A stretch of DNA of 64,000 bases from Thermodesulfobacteriota bacterium (GTDB lineage: Bacteria > Desulfobacterota_D > UBA1144 > Nemesobacterales > UBA2774): assembly GCA_963422265.1 (NCBI GenBank), contig OY729416.1, positions 352,001-416,000 of the forward strand. Direction: 5' to 3'. Below the pieces are notes generated by a model. It ran no database searches and was not told the DNA's origin. It was given only the letters and a program-made list of their open reading frames with translations. Below, one piece after another: positions 61,078 to 64,000 of the stretch; the first letter of the stretch is position 1, and every line of letters starts with the position of its first letter. The translations under genes were made by a program, and so were the position numbers.

Positions 61078-62079
61078 ATGGGAGACTATATAGTTAAGCG
61101 CCTCTTCCTTCTTATACCAACAATGCTTGGTATAACTATAATTACCTTTTTCATAATCCAGCTTGCCCCTGGAGGTCCGGTTGAGAGGAAGCTACAGTTG
61201 GATCAGGGAATACAAGCGGAGGCTATCACCCAGCAAATTGTGGAAGAGACCAAGAAACTCTACGGACTTGATAAGCCCATTTACATCCGTTACGGAATTT
61301 GGCTCAAGCAGATTTTCACTCTTGACTTCGGAAATTCGTATAAGGACCACCGCCCGGTAATAGATAAAATTGCGGAAAGAATACCTATAACGCTTGCCCT
61401 GAACATAATCTCAATATTCTTGATATATCTTATTGCTATTCCCACAGGAGTATATTCAGCCGTGAAACATGGAAGTCTTGCAGAGCGGGCAACTACTTTT
61501 ATCCTATTCATACTCTATTCAATACCGAGCTTTTGGATGGCTATGATGCTGATTTTTTTTCTAGGAGGAGGCGAGTATTGGGACGTTTTTCCCGTATATG
61601 GCATTATGTCCTCTGGGGCGGAAAACTATCCTTTTTTCAAGAAAGCGCTTAACTTTCTATGGCACTTAGCTCTTCCAGTTTTTTGCTTAACTTACGGCAG
61701 CCTTGCTTATCTGTCGCGTTTTCAAAAAGGGAGCCTGCTTGAAGTGTTAAGGGAAGACTTCGTAAGAACGGCTGAGGCAAAAGGGTTGTCTCAATCAAGC
61801 GTGTTGTTAAAGCACGCCCTTAGGAATGCCCTAATACCCGTAATTACAATCTTAGCGGGAATCCTGCCGGCAATGATAGGCGGAAGCGTGATTATCGAGA
61901 GCATATTTTCAATACCTGGTATAGGGCAGTTGGGTTTTGAGGCTGTTTTATCTCGAGACTATCCAGTAATAATGGCGATTGCTACAATATCAGCTTTTTT
62001 AACTTTAATCGGGATACTCATTGCTGATCTGGTTTACGTGTTTGTAGATCCTCGAATTAGTTTTGAGGCTAGGAGATGA
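61078..62079 (+). CDS. Peptide ABC transporter permease (OppB/DppB-like)
   Basis: YGLDKP, DFGxS, RTAEAKGL EAA loop, RDYP, DPRI. Confidence 0.93.
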   Translation: MGDYIVKRLFLLIPTMLGITIITFFIIQLAPGGPVERKLQLDQGIQAEAITQQIVEETKKLYGLDKPIYIRYGIWLKQIFTLDFGNSYKDHRPVIDKIAERIPITLALNIISIFLIYLIAIPTGVYSAVKHGSLAERATTFILFILYSIPSFWMAMMLIFFLGGGEYWDVFPVYGIMSSGAENYPFFKKALNFLWHLALPVFCLTYGSLAYLSRFQKGSLLEVLREDFVRTAEAKGLSQSSVLLKHALRNALIPVITILAGILPAMIGGSVIIESIFSIPGIGQLGFEAVLSRDYPVIMAIATISAFLTLIGILIADLVYVFVDPRISFEARR

Positions 62080-63074
62080 GGGGGATACAGGGCTCGGGAT
62101 ATTGGGGAAGCGTCTGGCAAAGATTCAAAGAAGACAGATTAGCCCTTTCGGCTTTTATACTAATACTTGCTCTATTTGGGATCGCTGTTTGTAAAAATCT
62201 TCTTGCTGGTAACTCGCCAATTGTTCTTAAATACCAAGGGCAATACTATTTTCCAGCACTCGTCCAGTATAGCCAGCCTTTTAGCAAGGATTACAAGCAA
62301 ATAGAAAACACCCTAAATGGCGAAGACTTTGCAATCTTCCCGCCTTTTAGATACAGCCCCACCGAAAATGACCTACAATCTATTCTGTCGCCCCCATCAA
62401 AGGAGCATTTATTTGGAACGGACGATAGGGGGAGAGATGTCTTAAGCCGTATGATCCATGGGACGAGGATATCGCTCTCCATCGGGTTTGTAGCTGTTGG
62501 AATCGCCGCTTTCATAGGAATACTACTAGGTAGTATAGCAGGGTACTACGGTGGCATCGTCGATTTTATAGTCTCAAGACTATTTGAGGTCATGATGACT
62601 TTCCCAGTGTTCTTCCTTATCTTAGCAATACTAGCGTTCAGAGATCCTAGTATCTATAACATTATGATAGTAATTGGAGCGACGAGTTGGACAGGAATAG
62701 CTAGACTTGTAAGAGGTGAGTTCTTAAAGTTAAGAGAATTCGAGTATGTAGAAGCGGCAGTAGCCCTTGGGAGCAGTGACTTTAGAATTATGATGAAGCA
62801 TATGCTTCCCAACTCACTAGCGCCCGTTTTGGTAGATGTTACTTTTGGCATAGCGGGTGCGATACTGGTAGAGTCCGCCCTTAGCTTTTTAGGCTTCGGC
62901 GTGCCTCCTCCGGAGCCAAGCTGGGGAGATATGCTATCACAGTCACAGAGGTATGTAGATTTTGCCTGGTGGCTTGTTCTATTTCCCGGGATTGCTATAT
63001 TTCTAACTGTAACGTCTTTCAACCTAGTTGGAGAGGGATTTAGAAATGCTATTGATCCTAAGTTCATTAAGTAA
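62076..63074 (+). CDS. Peptide ABC transporter permease (OppC/DppC-like)
   Basis: GTDDRGRD, EYVEAA, LSFLGFG, PSWG. Confidence 0.93.
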   Translation: MRGIQGSGYWGSVWQRFKEDRLALSAFILILALFGIAVCKNLLAGNSPIVLKYQGQYYFPALVQYSQPFSKDYKQIENTLNGEDFAIFPPFRYSPTENDLQSILSPPSKEHLFGTDDRGRDVLSRMIHGTRISLSIGFVAVGIAAFIGILLGSIAGYYGGIVDFIVSRLFEVMMTFPVFFLILAILAFRDPSIYNIMIVIGATSWTGIARLVRGEFLKLREFEYVEAAVALGSSDFRIMMKHMLPNSLAPVLVDVTFGIAGAILVESALSFLGFGVPPPEPSWGDMLSQSQRYVDFAWWLVLFPGIAIFLTVTSFNLVGEGFRNAIDPKFIK

Positions 63075-63104
63075 TCTCTTTTTAGAGAAACGTTGAGCGA
63101 GAAT

Positions 63105-64000
63105 ATGGATAAAGCCCTTGAGATTAAGAATTTAAGAGTTTCCTTCGAGACTGACGGCGAAAGGGTCGAGGTAGTAAGCGACGTCTCTATCTCGGCACCT
63201 AAGGGAAAAGTCGTAGGTATCGTCGGTGAAAGTGGTTGCGGTAAGACGGTAACTGCATTATCTGTAATGCGGCTTATACCCGAGCCTCCAGGTAAAGTTG
63301 AAGCGGGGCAGATCATCTTCGATGGAGTTGACCTTCTTACTTGCAGTGACCGTGATATGCGTTTTATAAGGGGTAATAAAATATCAATGATATTTCAAGA
63401 GCCCGTTAGCTCACTTAACCCCGTGCTTAAGATCGGGGATCAAATTGGCGAGGTGCTAAGAACTCATCTTAAACTCTCCAGGAAAGCGGAAAGGGTGCGG
63501 GTAATAGAGCTACTTCGGTTAGTGGGAATTCCTTCACCTGAGCAAAGAATGAATAGTTATCCACATGAGATGAGCGGGGGGATGTCTCAACGCGTGATGA
63601 TAGCAATGGCTCTGGCGTGTAATCCGGAGGTTTTGATTGCGGATGAACCAACTACGGCGCTCGACGTTACTATACAGGCTGTCATCCTTGAGCTAATTGA
63701 TGAACTCAGGACGAAGCTGGGAATGACGGTTTTACTTATTACGCATGATCTCGGAATAGTTGCCGAAATTGTTGATGAAGTTTACGTCATGTACGCAGGG
63801 AAAGTTGTTGAGCACGCTCAGACCGAAGAGCTTTTTAAGAATCCACTTAATCCATATACAGTTGGGTTATTAAATTCGCTTCCCGATCTTCGTTCTAATA
63901 AGGAGACGTTAAACGCAATACCGGGTCTTGTGCCAAATCCTGTTAGCTTGCTAACCGGTTGCAGGTTCCGGGATCGGTGTTACATGGCAATAGAGAGGTG
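63105..64000 (+). CDS. Peptide ABC transporter ATPase (OppD/DppD-like), truncated by window end
   Basis: Manual translation: GESGCGKT, IFQEP, YPHEMSGGM, ADEPTTALD, ITHDL. Confidence 0.93.
   Translation, partial: MDKALEIKNLRVSFETDGERVEVVSDVSISAPKGKVVGIVGESGCGKTVTALSVMRLIPEPPGKVEAGQIIFDGVDLLTCSDRDMRFIRGNKISMIFQEPVSSLNPVLKIGDQIGEVLRTHLKLSRKAERVRVIELLRLVGIPSPEQRMNSYPHEMSGGMSQRVMIAMALACNPEVLIADEPTTALDVTIQAVILELIDELRTKLGMTVLLITHDLGIVAEIVDEVYVMYAGKVVEHAQTEELFKNPLNPYTVGLLNSLPDLRSNKETLNAIPGLVPNPVSLLTGCRFRDRCYMAIER

Overview
Bacterial chromosomal window. Gene order and protein style suggest a Desulfobacterota-like lineage, possibly Ca. Dadabacteria (inference). Housekeeping blocks are pgpA-cinA-recA-tsaB-ilvBNC-psd-pssA; tRNA-Lys/Leu-tig-clpP-clpX-lon-tRNA-Val/Asp; and M23-rlmB, polX-ligA, an amidase, phnP-like, apgM, tRNA-Leu, nfeD-SPFH and a peptide ABC transporter. 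Three accessory regions lie between them. (1) 8.7-12.1 kb: a defence islet with an intact AccI-like type II restriction-modification pair downstream of a decayed HEPN-MNT toxin-antitoxin pair that keeps a near-consensus promoter. (2) 15.2-34.5 kb, the main find: a 21-gene cluster. It has the core of the Nit1C / MSMEG_0565-0572 radical-SAM system (NitB DsrE-like, radical SAM, GNAT, AIR-synthase-like, glycosyltransferase) but no nitrilase, NitG or NitH. Interleaved are an FdrA/DUF1116/DUF2877 (AllFGH-type) carbamoyltransferase set, carbamate kinase, an amidohydrolase with FmdB, CoA-disulfide-reductase-like and OsmC thiol proteins, a ferritin-like protein, a methyltransferase and three PLP enzymes of three folds, one with His in place of the PLP lysine. 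An XRE-cupin regulator and candidate operators are present. (3) 40.7-46 kb: a variable region after tRNA-Asp with DUF4301, a degenerate M49-like protein, orphans and a solo Cas4/AddB-like nuclease. All family calls come from motif recognition by eye; no searches were run.
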